64,000 bases of DNA from Methanomassiliicoccaceae archaeon (lineage in GTDB: Archaea; Thermoplasmatota; Thermoplasmata; Methanomassiliicoccales; Methanomassiliicoccaceae), in NCBI GenBank assembly GCA_963728405.1, contig CAVSJV010000002.1, positions 64,001 through 128,000 on the forward strand, written 5' to 3'. Position 1 is the first letter of the stretch, and every line of letters begins with the position of its first letter. This document shows positions 30,799-40,685 of the stretch, in pieces. The notes under the pieces are model-generated. The model did not search any database. It was not told the origin of the DNA and saw only the letters and a program-made list of their open reading frames with translations. A program made the translations under genes and the position numbers.

Positions 30799-31589
30799 TC
30801 TGACTCATGAACGATACGGTTCTTTAGTGTTGCGTATACATGTTCGGCAAGCGGGCTGAGGTTCTTGGTATCCTCTTCGTTATACTTCTTCAATAATTTT
30901 AGAGCGTTCTCCTTTCTCGACCGCTCCCAGACCCTCCATAGGTAAACGGCCTCCTCTCCGGTGACGTACTCCACCTCCCTGGCCCGGGCGATGCCCATCT
31001 GCTTCTCCACTGATTTCAGACCGCCCTGAAGTCCGACCCGACGGCAGGCGTGGCGCAGGTCGAAGTGAGGGACCCGGGGAACGGTGAACGGGAAGTGATA
31101 TTCCAATATGGGTAGATCGAAGGAGCTCCCATTGAATGTCACCAGTAACTTGACGCCCTCCAGAGCCTTCTTGAGGGAACCGGCGTCAAGATCCTGTCCC
31201 CTTGTCAAGGAGATGGTTCGGCCGTTTCTATAAATGCCCACCACGGTGACGTTGGCGTAGCTGGACCGCCCATCGGTCTCAATGTCTAGGAAGGCGGTCT
31301 GCTCGCGGAACATATCATAGAGGCGCCAATGCTCGACCGTCGGCAGTATCTTGCTAAAATATTCAGTCCTACCGTTATTGAGGAAGACCTCGGCTCGTTC
31401 GAGATGCTGGTCGAGATGTTCCTTCCGGTCCTTGGCGATCCCTTTCACTTTGGATGCCGAACGGAAATCATCCCAATCCCTTACCCCGCTCTTCCAGAGG
31501 TTCCTCTCTTTCCCCTTCCCGACCGAGGGCAGGATCTGAACTGTCCTCCGGATCACGACGCCGGCATCGCCGAAGCTCATTGATACCAT
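30795..31589 (-). CDS. YprB/RNase_H_2 (DEDD) exonuclease
   Basis: FLDIETDG, TFNGSSFDLP, HFDL, GGLKSVEK, YNEEDT. Confidence 0.88.
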   Translation of the reverse strand: MVSMSFGDAGVVIRRTVQILPSVGKGKERNLWKSGVRDWDDFRSASKVKGIAKDRKEHLDQHLERAEVFLNNGRTEYFSKILPTVEHWRLYDMFREQTAFLDIETDGRSSYANVTVVGIYRNGRTISLTRGQDLDAGSLKKALEGVKLLVTFNGSSFDLPILEYHFPFTVPRVPHFDLRHACRRVGLQGGLKSVEKQMGIARAREVEYVTGEEAVYLWRVWERSRKENALKLLKKYNEEDTKNLSPLAEHVYATLKNRIVHESD

Positions 31590-31696
31590 TTTCCATGGGT
31601 TAAGTGAAAGTGTCGGCCTACCGGGGGTAAGATAGAAATAGTGTTGTCCGCTTAGTTCGATTCACCCTGGCCATGCTCGCTGGGGACGGAAAATAA

Positions 31697-32422
31697 ATGG
31701 ATGAGATCGAGGTCTTCAAGGGCGTTTTCGTTACCGCCGATCTGTGCCTGCATATTCCCGAAGAACGGACCGTGGTGGTTGCCGACCTCCATATTGGCTA
31801 TGAATCGGCGCTGGAGGCCGAAGGCATACATATCCCTCGCATCCAGACCGAAGCGGTCAAGGACTCGTTGGGCAAGATAATTGAGAAATATGAACCGGAC
31901 CGGCTAGTCGTGCTGGGTGATCTCAAGCATGAGTTCAGCCGGAACCTGGGACAGGAGATGAAGGACGTCCGGGCGGTCCTGGACAGCATCTCTGGCCAGG
32001 TCGAGATCGTACTGGTAAGGGGGAACCATGACAATTTTCTGGAGAACATCGTCTCGAGGATACAGATCCCCGTTGTGCCCCTATACCGCGCCGCAGGACT
32101 GACCTTTGTCCATGGCCACCAACCCTGCGCAGATCGGCCTTTGATCATGGGGCATGAGCATCCATCGATCAAGATCGTCGATCGAGTGGGAGCGTATCTC
32201 AAGATGCCCTGCTACCTCCTGCTTCGGGACGAGGGCATATTGGTCCTCCCGGCTTTTAGTCCGTTAGCTTCGGGGACCGACCTAACTGGGGTGACCCCCG
32301 CGGAGTATCTCTCCCCTATCATCAAGAACATAAATGTGAGGAACGGAGAAATTTTCGCCTGCAGCGACATTGGTCTTCTTCCGTTAGGAAAGCTTGCCGC
32401 CCTAGAGGGCCTCCGGCTGTGA
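31697..32422 (+). CDS. Calcineurin-like (ICC-like) metallophosphoesterase
   Basis: ADLHIGYE, LGDLKH, RGNHD, HGH, GHEHP, LPAFS. Confidence 0.9.
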   Translation: MDEIEVFKGVFVTADLCLHIPEERTVVVADLHIGYESALEAEGIHIPRIQTEAVKDSLGKIIEKYEPDRLVVLGDLKHEFSRNLGQEMKDVRAVLDSISGQVEIVLVRGNHDNFLENIVSRIQIPVVPLYRAAGLTFVHGHQPCADRPLIMGHEHPSIKIVDRVGAYLKMPCYLLLRDEGILVLPAFSPLASGTDLTGVTPAEYLSPIIKNINVRNGEIFACSDIGLLPLGKLAALEGLRL

Positions 32423-32569
32423 GGATGAGAATTGCATACTCCATCCCAACTGGCCTAACGCCGTTAAAAAAAGCTTCTTTTATTGGTCCCATTTGAATGC
32501 AACAATGTAACAATTGTTGTAGCGAAAATGCCCCTTCAGATAGTGGATTATGGGGGCCTAGATTTATGT

Positions 32570-32603
32570 GGATGGTACATCCATCCATAAAAGAATTTAT
32601 AAT
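32570..32603 (+). promoter_or_regulatory. Palindrome GGATGG-TACAT-CCATCC, 9-nt spacer, TATA box (TTTATAAT) of corrinoid protein gene
   Basis: Perfect 6-5-6 inverted repeat at 32570-32586; TATA at 32596. Confidence 0.7.
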
Positions 32604-32658
32604 TAAGCAACTTAATGCAATGAGTAACTCTTTATTGTTTAGAGGAGGGAATCAGAGT

Positions 32659-33300
32659 ATGAGCAACGAGATACTTGATAAGCTAGCAGATGTCGTAGTT
32701 AAGGGAAAGATCAAGGAAGCCAAGCCCCTCGCGGAGCAGGCCTTGGCCGCCGGCGTCGACCCGAAAGTGATCATCTTTGACAGCCTAAGCAAGGCCATGG
32801 CCGTTGTAGGACAGAAGTATGAGAGCAAGCAGTACTACCTGCCCCAGGTTCTCCTGTCCGCCCAGACCATGTACCAAGCACTTGATGTCGTCCTCCCCAA
32901 GATGAAGGTGGACGCCAAGGTGAAGGCACCTGGAAAGGTCGTTATCGCGGTCGTCGAGGGAGATGTCCACGACATCGGAAAGAACATCGTGAAGGCCATG
33001 TTGACCGGCGCTGGTCTGACCATCTTTGACATGGGCCGTGATGTGCCTGTAAAGAACCTGGTCGAGAAGTGCAAGTCCGAGGGTGCCCAAATCCTTGCAA
33101 CCTCTACCCTGATGACCCCCACCTTGGCGGGTATGAAGGAGATCGAGAGGATCCTGAAGGAGGAGAACCTGAAGGGCAAGATCAAGACCATCATCGGCGG
33201 TGGGGCTACCTCCAAGGAGTTCTCTCAACAGATCGGTTCGGACGCCTGGGCGTACGACGCGGTCGAAGCAGTTTCTGTCGTCGACGGCCTGCTGAAGTAA
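32659..33300 (+). CDS. Methyltransferase cognate corrinoid protein (MtaC/MtbC-like)
   Basis: B12-cap domain, EGDVHDIGKNIV (DxHxxG), STLMT, IIGGG; RBS GGAGG. Confidence 0.95.
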   Translation: MSNEILDKLADVVVKGKIKEAKPLAEQALAAGVDPKVIIFDSLSKAMAVVGQKYESKQYYLPQVLLSAQTMYQALDVVLPKMKVDAKVKAPGKVVIAVVEGDVHDIGKNIVKAMLTGAGLTIFDMGRDVPVKNLVEKCKSEGAQILATSTLMTPTLAGMKEIERILKEENLKGKIKTIIGGGATSKEFSQQIGSDAWAYDAVEAVSVVDGLLK

Positions 33301-33327
33301 ACCATATGATAAACAAGAAGGACTCAG

Positions 33328-33357
33328 TCCTTCTTTTCCTTTGTTTTTTTATTTTTT
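33328..33357 (+). terminator. Long oligo-T terminator
   Basis: TCCTTCTTTTCCTTTGTTTTTTTTATTTTTT after corrinoid gene. Confidence 0.65.
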
Positions 33358-33515
33358 AACCCGAGGGCGAAGCATATCGTCCCATCACCCTCATCGATGG
33401 TCGGATAGGAGATGAACATAGAACTCCTAATGATAAGCAGAAGAGGGACTCATTGTCGAAAGATGCTCCGGCGGTCAGGGCGGACTGGACGCGGTCCGAT
33501 GAAGGGGGTGAGGCA

Positions 33516-34400
33516 ATGCAGAGTATCGAAGGTATCGAGATCCCGATCACCAATGGCAACAAGGTCCTCTTCCCTCGGGACGGCTACACCAAGAACGATC
33601 TGGTCCGTTACTATTCACTGATCGCGCCCGTTATGTTGCCGCATATGAGGGGCCGCCCGGTCTCCATGGTGCGGTATCCTGACGGCATCGATGGCAAGAG
33701 CTTCTTCCAAAAAGATACACCATCCTATTTTCCCAAATGGCTCCGGCGCATCACGGTCGAAAAGAAGGGCGGAACGGTCGACCATATACTTTGCGAGAAG
33801 GAAGCGGACCTAGTCTACCTGGCCAACCTCGCCTGCATCACCCCCCACCTCTGGCTGAGCAGGGCGGACCGTTTGGACCGCCCGGACCGAATGATCATCG
33901 ACCTGGACCCCGCCGACACGGACTTCAGTAAGGTGATGGCAGCCGCTCTATTGCTCCGGGACGAACTAGAGGGGCTCAACCTCTCCCCGTTCGTTATGAC
34001 GACGGGATCGAGGGGTATGCATGTGGTTGTTCCCTTGGACCGGTCAGCTTCTTTCGACGAGGTTAGGAGCTTCGCCCGTCAAGTGGCAGGTACGGTCATG
34101 GCCGGAAGGGAGGACGAGTACACGCTAGAGACCTCCAAGGCCGATCGGGGTGGGCGTTTGCTGATCGACACTTTCCGCAACTCCTATGGCCAGACCGGTG
34201 TCGCTCCTTACGCGATCAGGGCCAGGGATGGGGCGCCCGTGGCCACCCCTCTTATGTGGAAGGAGGTCGAGAGAGGTTTGTTCGGGCCCCACTCCTTCAA
34301 CATTGGGAACATATTCCAGCGGCTTAAGGAGACAGGGGATCCCTGGAAAGATATCGATGCTCAAGGGGGGTCCCTTCCCGATGCGACGGAATGGCCCTGA
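33516..34400 (+). CDS. Stand-alone LigD polymerase-domain (archaeo-eukaryotic primase) protein
   Basis: KVLFP..GYTK.DL..YY, RYPDGI.G.SFFQKD, DLDP, TTGSRGMH, APYAIRAR.GAPVATP. Confidence 0.9.
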   Translation: MQSIEGIEIPITNGNKVLFPRDGYTKNDLVRYYSLIAPVMLPHMRGRPVSMVRYPDGIDGKSFFQKDTPSYFPKWLRRITVEKKGGTVDHILCEKEADLVYLANLACITPHLWLSRADRLDRPDRMIIDLDPADTDFSKVMAAALLLRDELEGLNLSPFVMTTGSRGMHVVVPLDRSASFDEVRSFARQVAGTVMAGREDEYTLETSKADRGGRLLIDTFRNSYGQTGVAPYAIRARDGAPVATPLMWKEVERGLFGPHSFNIGNIFQRLKETGDPWKDIDAQGGSLPDATEWP

Positions 34401-34504
34401 CCCGGGGAGATCCCCCTGCATCTTCCTATGTTCTGATAATCTTGGTAGAACACTTATCTTCAGAGCCGTCCAATCCGCCGAACGATCGGGTGAGGTCCTT
34501 GGAT

Positions 34505-36473
34505 GTGAAGATCAAGAACGCTACCTATGGGCTGGGCATCGATACCGGTGGGACGTACACCGATGCGGCCATAGTCGATATGGCCACCCGGAAGGTAGTG
34601 GCTAAGGCCAAGTCCCCGACCACCCACTATGATCTTACAATAGGCCTCGGCGGGGCAGTGGATAACGTCCTGGCTGCCACGCACAGTTCGTCCGGAAGAA
34701 ATTGCCATGGTGGGGGTCTCCACCACGTTGGCCACTAACTCCATCCTGGAGGGAAGGGGTGGCAAGGTCGGTCTCATCTGCATAGGGTGGCGGCCTGACA
34801 AGGATTGGCCGACCGGGGCTACTGGGGAAGTGTTCATCGCCGGCGGCCACGATGTCCGGGGGCGGGAGCAGGCAGCCCTGGACATGAATGAGGTGGAGAA
34901 GGCCATCGCAGCCATTTCCGCCAGTTCCGATTCTCTGGTGGTCTCTTCTATATTCAGTGTTTACAACTCAGAGCACGAGGAAGCGGTCCGGAAAGCGGTG
35001 GCCAAGAGCAGTGGCTTGCCAGTAGTGGCAGGACATGAGCTTACCAGCGAGCTGGGCATCATGGAGCGGACCATCACCGCGGTCCTGAACGCTCGCCTAT
35101 TGCCGATCATCGCCCAGTTCCTTTCTGATGTTAAAGGTGCTCTCGCCCGGAGGAGCATAACCTCCCCCATAATGGTCTTCCGGGGTGACGGAACGCTCAT
35201 GAATCTCGATACCGCCCGAAGGCGCCCGGTCGATACCATCCTTTCTGGGCCTGCGGCAAGTGCGGTCGGCGGTCAGGTGCTGGCCGGAGTGGAGGACTGT
35301 ATCGTGGTGGACATGGGAGGGACATCGACAGACATCGCCTTCCTAAGGGGAGGATTTCCCCGGGTCTCCGAACTGGGCGCTTCCGTGGGGCAGTGGAGAA
35401 CTAGGGTGCAGGCAGTAGATGTTTGGACCTGCGCCCTGGGTGGGGACTCTGAGATCATCACGACCACTTCAGGGGAGGTTCGAATGTCCACCGACCGGGT
35501 GGTCCCTTTGTGTTTTGCCGCCCAGAGGTATCCGGGACTTCTCGAGAAGATCAAGGAGCGACAGGAGGTGCACTATTTTGCCGCGTATCCTAGGGATGCC
35601 GGTGAACTGACCCGGGCGGAACAGGAGGTCTTCGACCATCTCCAAAGGAGCGGGGCGAGCAGCATAAGCGAGCTCAGGGCGGCCTTGCCCGAGCTCTATA
35701 TGATCGATTCATATCTCGACTCCTTACGCAACCGCAACCTGGTGGTCGGAATCGGCCCTACCCCCACCGATGTCCTACATGCTGAGGGAATATATCTGCA
35801 GGGCAATGTCGAAGCATCGATCAAGGGGCTGGAATCCGTAGCTCTATCCCTGGGGCGGACCCTGGAGCAGATCGACAAGCTCGTCCTCAAGATGATCTCA
35901 GATCGGATCGCCCGCGAGGTGGTCAACAAACTTCTGATGGACGAGGTCAGCAATATCCCTGAGGGGGTCGCCGGCAACTATATGGTCGACATCGCTACCC
36001 GAGCCAGTCCCGCGGGTAATATGCAACTGGGCATGACCCTGGGCCTGCCCTTGGTCGGCATCGGTGCCCCGGCCCACGTGTTCCTACCGCCGTTGATGGA
36101 GCGGCTGGGCACGAAGGTGCTGATCCCGAGGGACCACGATGTGGGGAACGCCGTCGGAGCGGTCTGCAGCCAGGTGTCCATATCGGCCGAGGTCAGCGTA
36201 TTCCCTCGGAACTTTAAGTTCATATTATGCACCCCGTATGGTTCTCCGATCGAGTTCGAGCACATCAGTGAAGCAATTGCCCGAGGCAGAGATCTTGTCA
36301 CCAAGCACGTGAAGGATGAGGCCGCGAGGGCCGGGGCCATGAACGCTCGGGTGATCATCGATGTCATCGAGCGTAGGACCACCGCCGGATACCTCGTAGC
36401 GGGAGATATCATCACTCAGGTCGATATAAAAGCCAGAGCCGTGGGGAAGCCAACAATCGTTGACAAAAATTGA
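34505..36473 (+). CDS. Hydantoinase A/oxoprolinase-family ATPase with no B-subunit partner (extra A near 34685)
   Basis: GIDTGGTYTD, STTLATN, LSGPAAS, DMGGTSTD, GGDS, TPTD, GNAVGA. Confidence 0.88.
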
Positions 36474-36483
36474 CGAAAACTAA

Positions 36484-36534
36484 TTATATAGTAACTCCAA
36501 TTGCGAATCAAGATATTCGTAGAGTTATAGGAGG
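36484..36534 (+). promoter_or_regulatory. Promoter of MtaA-like gene: TATA box, nested inverted repeat, RBS
   Basis: TTATATA 36484-36490; TAACTC..TGCGAAT/ATTCGTA-GAGTTA; AGGAGG 36529-36534. Confidence 0.55.
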
Positions 36535-36540
36535 CAATTT

Positions 36541-37539
36541 ATGACACCCAAAGAGAGGTTCATGGCAGCGCTTTCCCGCAAGGAGCTAGACCGCCCCGCC
36601 GTTGGATGCGTTACCCAGTCCGTGACCGTTGATCAGATGGATGCTGTAGGCGTTCACTGGCCTGAGGCACACACCGACCCACAGATGATGGCAACCCTAG
36701 GTGCCGCCGGGCACAAGGTGTTCGGGTTCGAGAACGCCAGGATCCCCTTCTGTTTGACCGTTGAAGCGGAGATCTTTGGAGCCACCGTGGATTTGGGCAA
36801 GGTCGACAGGACCCCCATGGTCAAGAAGCACGCCTTCGATGCTGACGCCACCCCTACCTTCCCTAAGGACTTCGCTTCCATGGGCAGGGTAAAGACCGTC
36901 ATCGAGGCCACCAAGCTGCTGAAGCAGCAGGTCGGCAATGAGCTCCCCATCGTCGTCGGGACCACCGGCCCCCTGACCATCGCTGGTCACCTGGTCGGCA
37001 CTGAGAACCTGCTACTGATGATGATCACCGACCCCGAGGCCGTGCACAAGTTCATCAAGGTCTCAACCGAGATGGAGAAGGCCTACCTGAAGGCCCTCGT
37101 GGCCGCCGGTGCCGATGTCATCGCCATGAGCGACCCGTCCGCCTCCACTGACATGCTGTCCGGAGAGATGTTCGACGAGTTCGCGAAGCCCTACATCAAG
37201 ACCTGCTGGGAAGGAGCCGAGGGTGCCAAGAGGATTCTGCACATCTGCGGTGACACCACCATCCTGCTCGACCACATGATTGCCACCGGTTGCGAGGCGC
37301 TCTCCATCGAGGAGAAGGTCGACCCCTTCAAGGCAGTCGAGCTCGTCAACGGCCGTGCTGCCCTCGTCGGTAACATGGGTGTCGTTCGCCCGCTGCTCCA
37401 GGGAACCCCTGAGGACTGCCGCGAGCACGCTATCAAGATCAAGCAGGCCGGCTTCAACGTCGTCGCTCCCGGATGCGGACTCGCTGCCCGTGTACCCAAG
37501 GCCAACATCGAGGCCATGGTCAAGGCAATCAAGGGCTGA
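36541..37539 (+). CDS. mtaA: Methylcobamide:CoM methyltransferase (MtaA/MtbA family)
   Basis: PFCLTVEAE, DPSAS, Zn ligands LHICG and APGCG. Confidence 0.92.
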   Translation: MTPKERFMAALSRKELDRPAVGCVTQSVTVDQMDAVGVHWPEAHTDPQMMATLGAAGHKVFGFENARIPFCLTVEAEIFGATVDLGKVDRTPMVKKHAFDADATPTFPKDFASMGRVKTVIEATKLLKQQVGNELPIVVGTTGPLTIAGHLVGTENLLLMMITDPEAVHKFIKVSTEMEKAYLKALVAAGADVIAMSDPSASTDMLSGEMFDEFAKPYIKTCWEGAEGAKRILHICGDTTILLDHMIATGCEALSIEEKVDPFKAVELVNGRAALVGNMGVVRPLLQGTPEDCREHAIKIKQAGFNVVAPGCGLAARVPKANIEAMVKAIKG

Positions 37540-37619
37540 AACGGTCCACCCGCGCAACAGGAAGTTGAAAACCCTTTCCAATTCTCAATTTTTTAAAATA
37601 GAATCGATTTGAAGAGGTT

Positions 37620-38657
37620 TCAGTACCGCCCATACTTCTCGCATGCTTCGCGAACTCTGATGATGTTCTCTTGAGGGCTCTTGAACGGTATCTCGCTACC
37701 GGGAGCAATGATCAGGCCTGGATTCTTCCCATAGAGGTCGAGGGCCGAACGCACCTTGCCTTCCACATCCTCGGGGGTCCTCTTGAAGATGACCTCCTGG
37801 TGGTTGATCCCGGACATCATACACACCTTGCCGCGGTATTTTTGAATTAGGCCGGGCAGGTCTACGAAGTCATTGTTGAAGTGGGTGCAGCTGGCTCCTG
37901 CGGAGATCTGCTGATCAAGGTACGGGAACTGGGAGTCGTTATGCACGATGGTCCTGATGCCCAGGCTCCTGAACTTCTCAAGGACCTGGTGAAGATATGC
38001 GATGTCGTAGGCGTCGCACATCTCCGGAGATACCAGGGTTCCGGACGCGCTGCTGTCGTCAAGGAACGTGGCTTCCAGACCAAGGGCAGCGATCCTCTCC
38101 CCATACATGATCTCGGACCCCATTGCCACTTTGATCATACGGTGCACGATGCTCGGGTCGTTGATAGTGTCCATCATCAGGTTCTCATAGCCCCTGAGTT
38201 CGGTGGCCACGAAGAACGGCGAGATAACGCTGCCTATGACTGCGACCTCCTTTCCGATCTTCTCCTGCAGGATGGCCCCGGCCTTGATGGGTACGGACCA
38301 GAACGTGTCCTTCATTGGGTCTACGACCTCCAACTTGTCCACATCTGCAGGTTCCTGTACGACATACTTGTCTATCCGCGGATAGAAGTCGCGCTCAGGG
38401 AACTTCCAGGTGCTTCCTAGCGCTTGCGCTTCGGTCAGCAGGTCCCCCCAGCCAATCATTACATTATCATAGCCGAAGAGCTCGTGGGACTTCATGCAGA
38501 TCTTGGCGAAGGCGGCGGGATCATGGAACCCTTCCCTCATGGTCAGTCCAGCCACCTGGAGGACGTGCTTGGCTCCCCCCAGTTGTTGGTAGAATACCGG
38601 CACCCGGTCTGGCGTTTCCAGCCTCAAAGAGGACTGAAACCTCTCCCTGGAGTTCAT
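37620..38657 (-). CDS. UroD/MtaA-superfamily protein lacking canonical Zn cysteines
   Basis: ERF..L....PDRVPV, EAQALG, SPF, ELRG.ENLM; IVHND and APGSEIP in place of HIC and APGC. Confidence 0.85.
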   Translation of the reverse strand: MNSRERFQSSLRLETPDRVPVFYQQLGGAKHVLQVAGLTMREGFHDPAAFAKICMKSHELFGYDNVMIGWGDLLTEAQALGSTWKFPERDFYPRIDKYVVQEPADVDKLEVVDPMKDTFWSVPIKAGAILQEKIGKEVAVIGSVISPFFVATELRGYENLMMDTINDPSIVHRMIKVAMGSEIMYGERIAALGLEATFLDDSSASGTLVSPEMCDAYDIAYLHQVLEKFRSLGIRTIVHNDSQFPYLDQQISAGASCTHFNNDFVDLPGLIQKYRGKVCMMSGINHQEVIFKRTPEDVEGKVRSALDLYGKNPGLIIAPGSEIPFKSPQENIIRVREACEKYGRY

Positions 38658-38795
38658 GCTAATTCATATCCGCTCGTGGATAAATCTAAGTTTCGTAACT
38701 ACGCTGGATAATGCGGTCATCTGTCGTTTCTCGATCGCCCAATTCCGTGTGATTCTATTTATAGCCCATTCCCAATTTCAATCCGGCGACTTAAC

Positions 38796-40436
38796 ATGGG
38801 TTACGGCATAGCACTGGACGTTGGAACTAGCGGATATCGCAGCCATCTCGTTGACCTCTCCAAGAATGGTAAGATAATCTCTACCGCGATCACCATGCGC
38901 CACCCGCTTCCTGGCGCCAACATCATGGACCACCTGCACTTCTGGATCGAGAATGGTTCGGAGGTCGGCCATAGGATAGTCATGGACACGGTCAGCCACC
39001 TGATCGAGATCCACGGTGTCGACACCAAGAAGATCGACCGGTTGGCCGTTTGCGGCAACCCTGCCCAAGTCTCCATGTTCGAAGGCATCGAGGTAAGGGA
39101 TCTGGCTTATGCCGGACAATCTCTCTTGAATCGCCTGAAGGTAAAGGTTCCCGACCGCCGGGCTAAGGTCATAACTGCCGGGGAAATCGGTCTCACCGCG
39201 ATGAGGCCCGAGGCTGCTGTGGTAATTCCCCCATCCATTCGCCACGAGATCGGGGCCGACGCGCTGGCCATGATCATCAAGTCCCACATGTTGGAAAAGA
39301 AGGAGACCTGCATGGTCACCGACTACGGCACCAACGCCGAGATGGGCCTATATCACGACGGTGAACTATACACTGGCTCGGCAGCGGCAGGGCCGGCCAT
39401 GGAGGGGCAGGCCATTCATCACGGCATGCTGGCCGCACCGTTCGCTATTTCCGACTTCAACTTCGCCGAAGATGGGTTCTGGAGCAACTATGTCCTTTCC
39501 GATGTCCTAAAACCAGTGGAAGGCATGAGGGTCAACCCCTCCACCAGCGCCACTTGCCTAGTCAATGATATCCAGGCGAGGGGCATCACCGGCACCGGCG
39601 TCGTCGCCGCTGTGGCATTGGGACTGGAGTCCGGTCTCATCGAGCCCCCATACATAAGGACCAGGGACAAGGTCCTTCACTTCCAGAATGGTATCGACTT
39701 TGGCGAGGCGGACCTCATCGAGGCCGGAAAGGCCATGGGGGCCATCCGGGCCGGTCACCGTACCCTCATCGAGGAGGTCGGGATCGACGACCTGGATGTC
39801 AAGACCATGTATCTGGCTGGTGCATCGGGTACCTATGTCGATCCGATTAAGGCACAGACCGTGGGGATGGTCCCCCGGGTCATTGACCACACCGTGCAGG
39901 TAGGCAACACCTCGCTCATGATGGCGTACGACCTCCTGGTCAAGGATGAGGCCGTGGATGATATGCAGAGGGTGGCCGACTCCATCGCCTCCAAGCACAT
40001 CATGTTCGCCACCAGCAAGATCTTCGAGGACATGTATGTCAATGAGATCGCCTACTGGGTGGAAGGAATGCCTCTTGATATGTACAACGAAGTGCTCATA
40101 AGCTCCGGCCACAAGCCATTGCCCCCGATCGTCAGGCCGAAGACGACCCAGCGTATCGTCAGCTCGGATATCCCGGTCCTCGGCGATAAGGGCCTCAGGA
40201 TCCTGGACAATGTCGGCGTTTACCTGATGGGCAGCTTCGAAGGCTGCATCGGTTGTAAGAAGTGTGAGAAAGAGTGCCCCGAACGCGCCCTTACGGTGCT
40301 GGAAGGCGGTCTCCACGGATTCACCATAAATATCGCCACCGAACATTGCCTTGGGACCGCGTGCAAGAAATGCGAGTCGGTCTGCCCCCAAAAGGTCTAT
40401 CGGTTCAGTGATCTGAAGGTCACTCAGAGAGCCTAA
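38796..40436 (+). CDS. ramA: Corrinoid protein reductive activase RamA
   Basis: ALDVGTSGYR, RHPLPGANIMDH, HEIGADALA, DYGTNAEM, C-terminal 2x[4Fe-4S] motifs. Confidence 0.93.
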   Translation: MGYGIALDVGTSGYRSHLVDLSKNGKIISTAITMRHPLPGANIMDHLHFWIENGSEVGHRIVMDTVSHLIEIHGVDTKKIDRLAVCGNPAQVSMFEGIEVRDLAYAGQSLLNRLKVKVPDRRAKVITAGEIGLTAMRPEAAVVIPPSIRHEIGADALAMIIKSHMLEKKETCMVTDYGTNAEMGLYHDGELYTGSAAAGPAMEGQAIHHGMLAAPFAISDFNFAEDGFWSNYVLSDVLKPVEGMRVNPSTSATCLVNDIQARGITGTGVVAAVALGLESGLIEPPYIRTRDKVLHFQNGIDFGEADLIEAGKAMGAIRAGHRTLIEEVGIDDLDVKTMYLAGASGTYVDPIKAQTVGMVPRVIDHTVQVGNTSLMMAYDLLVKDEAVDDMQRVADSIASKHIMFATSKIFEDMYVNEIAYWVEGMPLDMYNEVLISSGHKPLPPIVRPKTTQRIVSSDIPVLGDKGLRILDNVGVYLMGSFEGCIGCKKCEKECPERALTVLEGGLHGFTINIATEHCLGTACKKCESVCPQKVYRFSDLKVTQRA

Positions 40437-40452
40437 GGGTCGTATCTCAAAA

Positions 40453-40504
40453 GGGACATCGGCGCTGTCATTATCCGACGCCGATCCCTCCATTTTCCTT
40501 TTTT
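40453..40504 (+). terminator. Hairpin plus T-tract after ramA
   Basis: ATCGGCG...CGCCGAT stem followed by TTTTCCTTTTTT. Confidence 0.5.
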
Positions 40505-40685
40505 AATGTTGCCGAGTGGGGCGAAAAGGGCTTCCTCGAGCATTCCGATGGGGCCGCGGTCGAACCGATTTGATGAATTGTTCTTCGGTAACGATTTAAT
40601 ACAGATTTAGTATATAGTATGAAACGAAGTTCACAAATTAGCCTGCTATCGGTCTGGTTTTGGAACATTGTTGCAAGAGGAAGGC

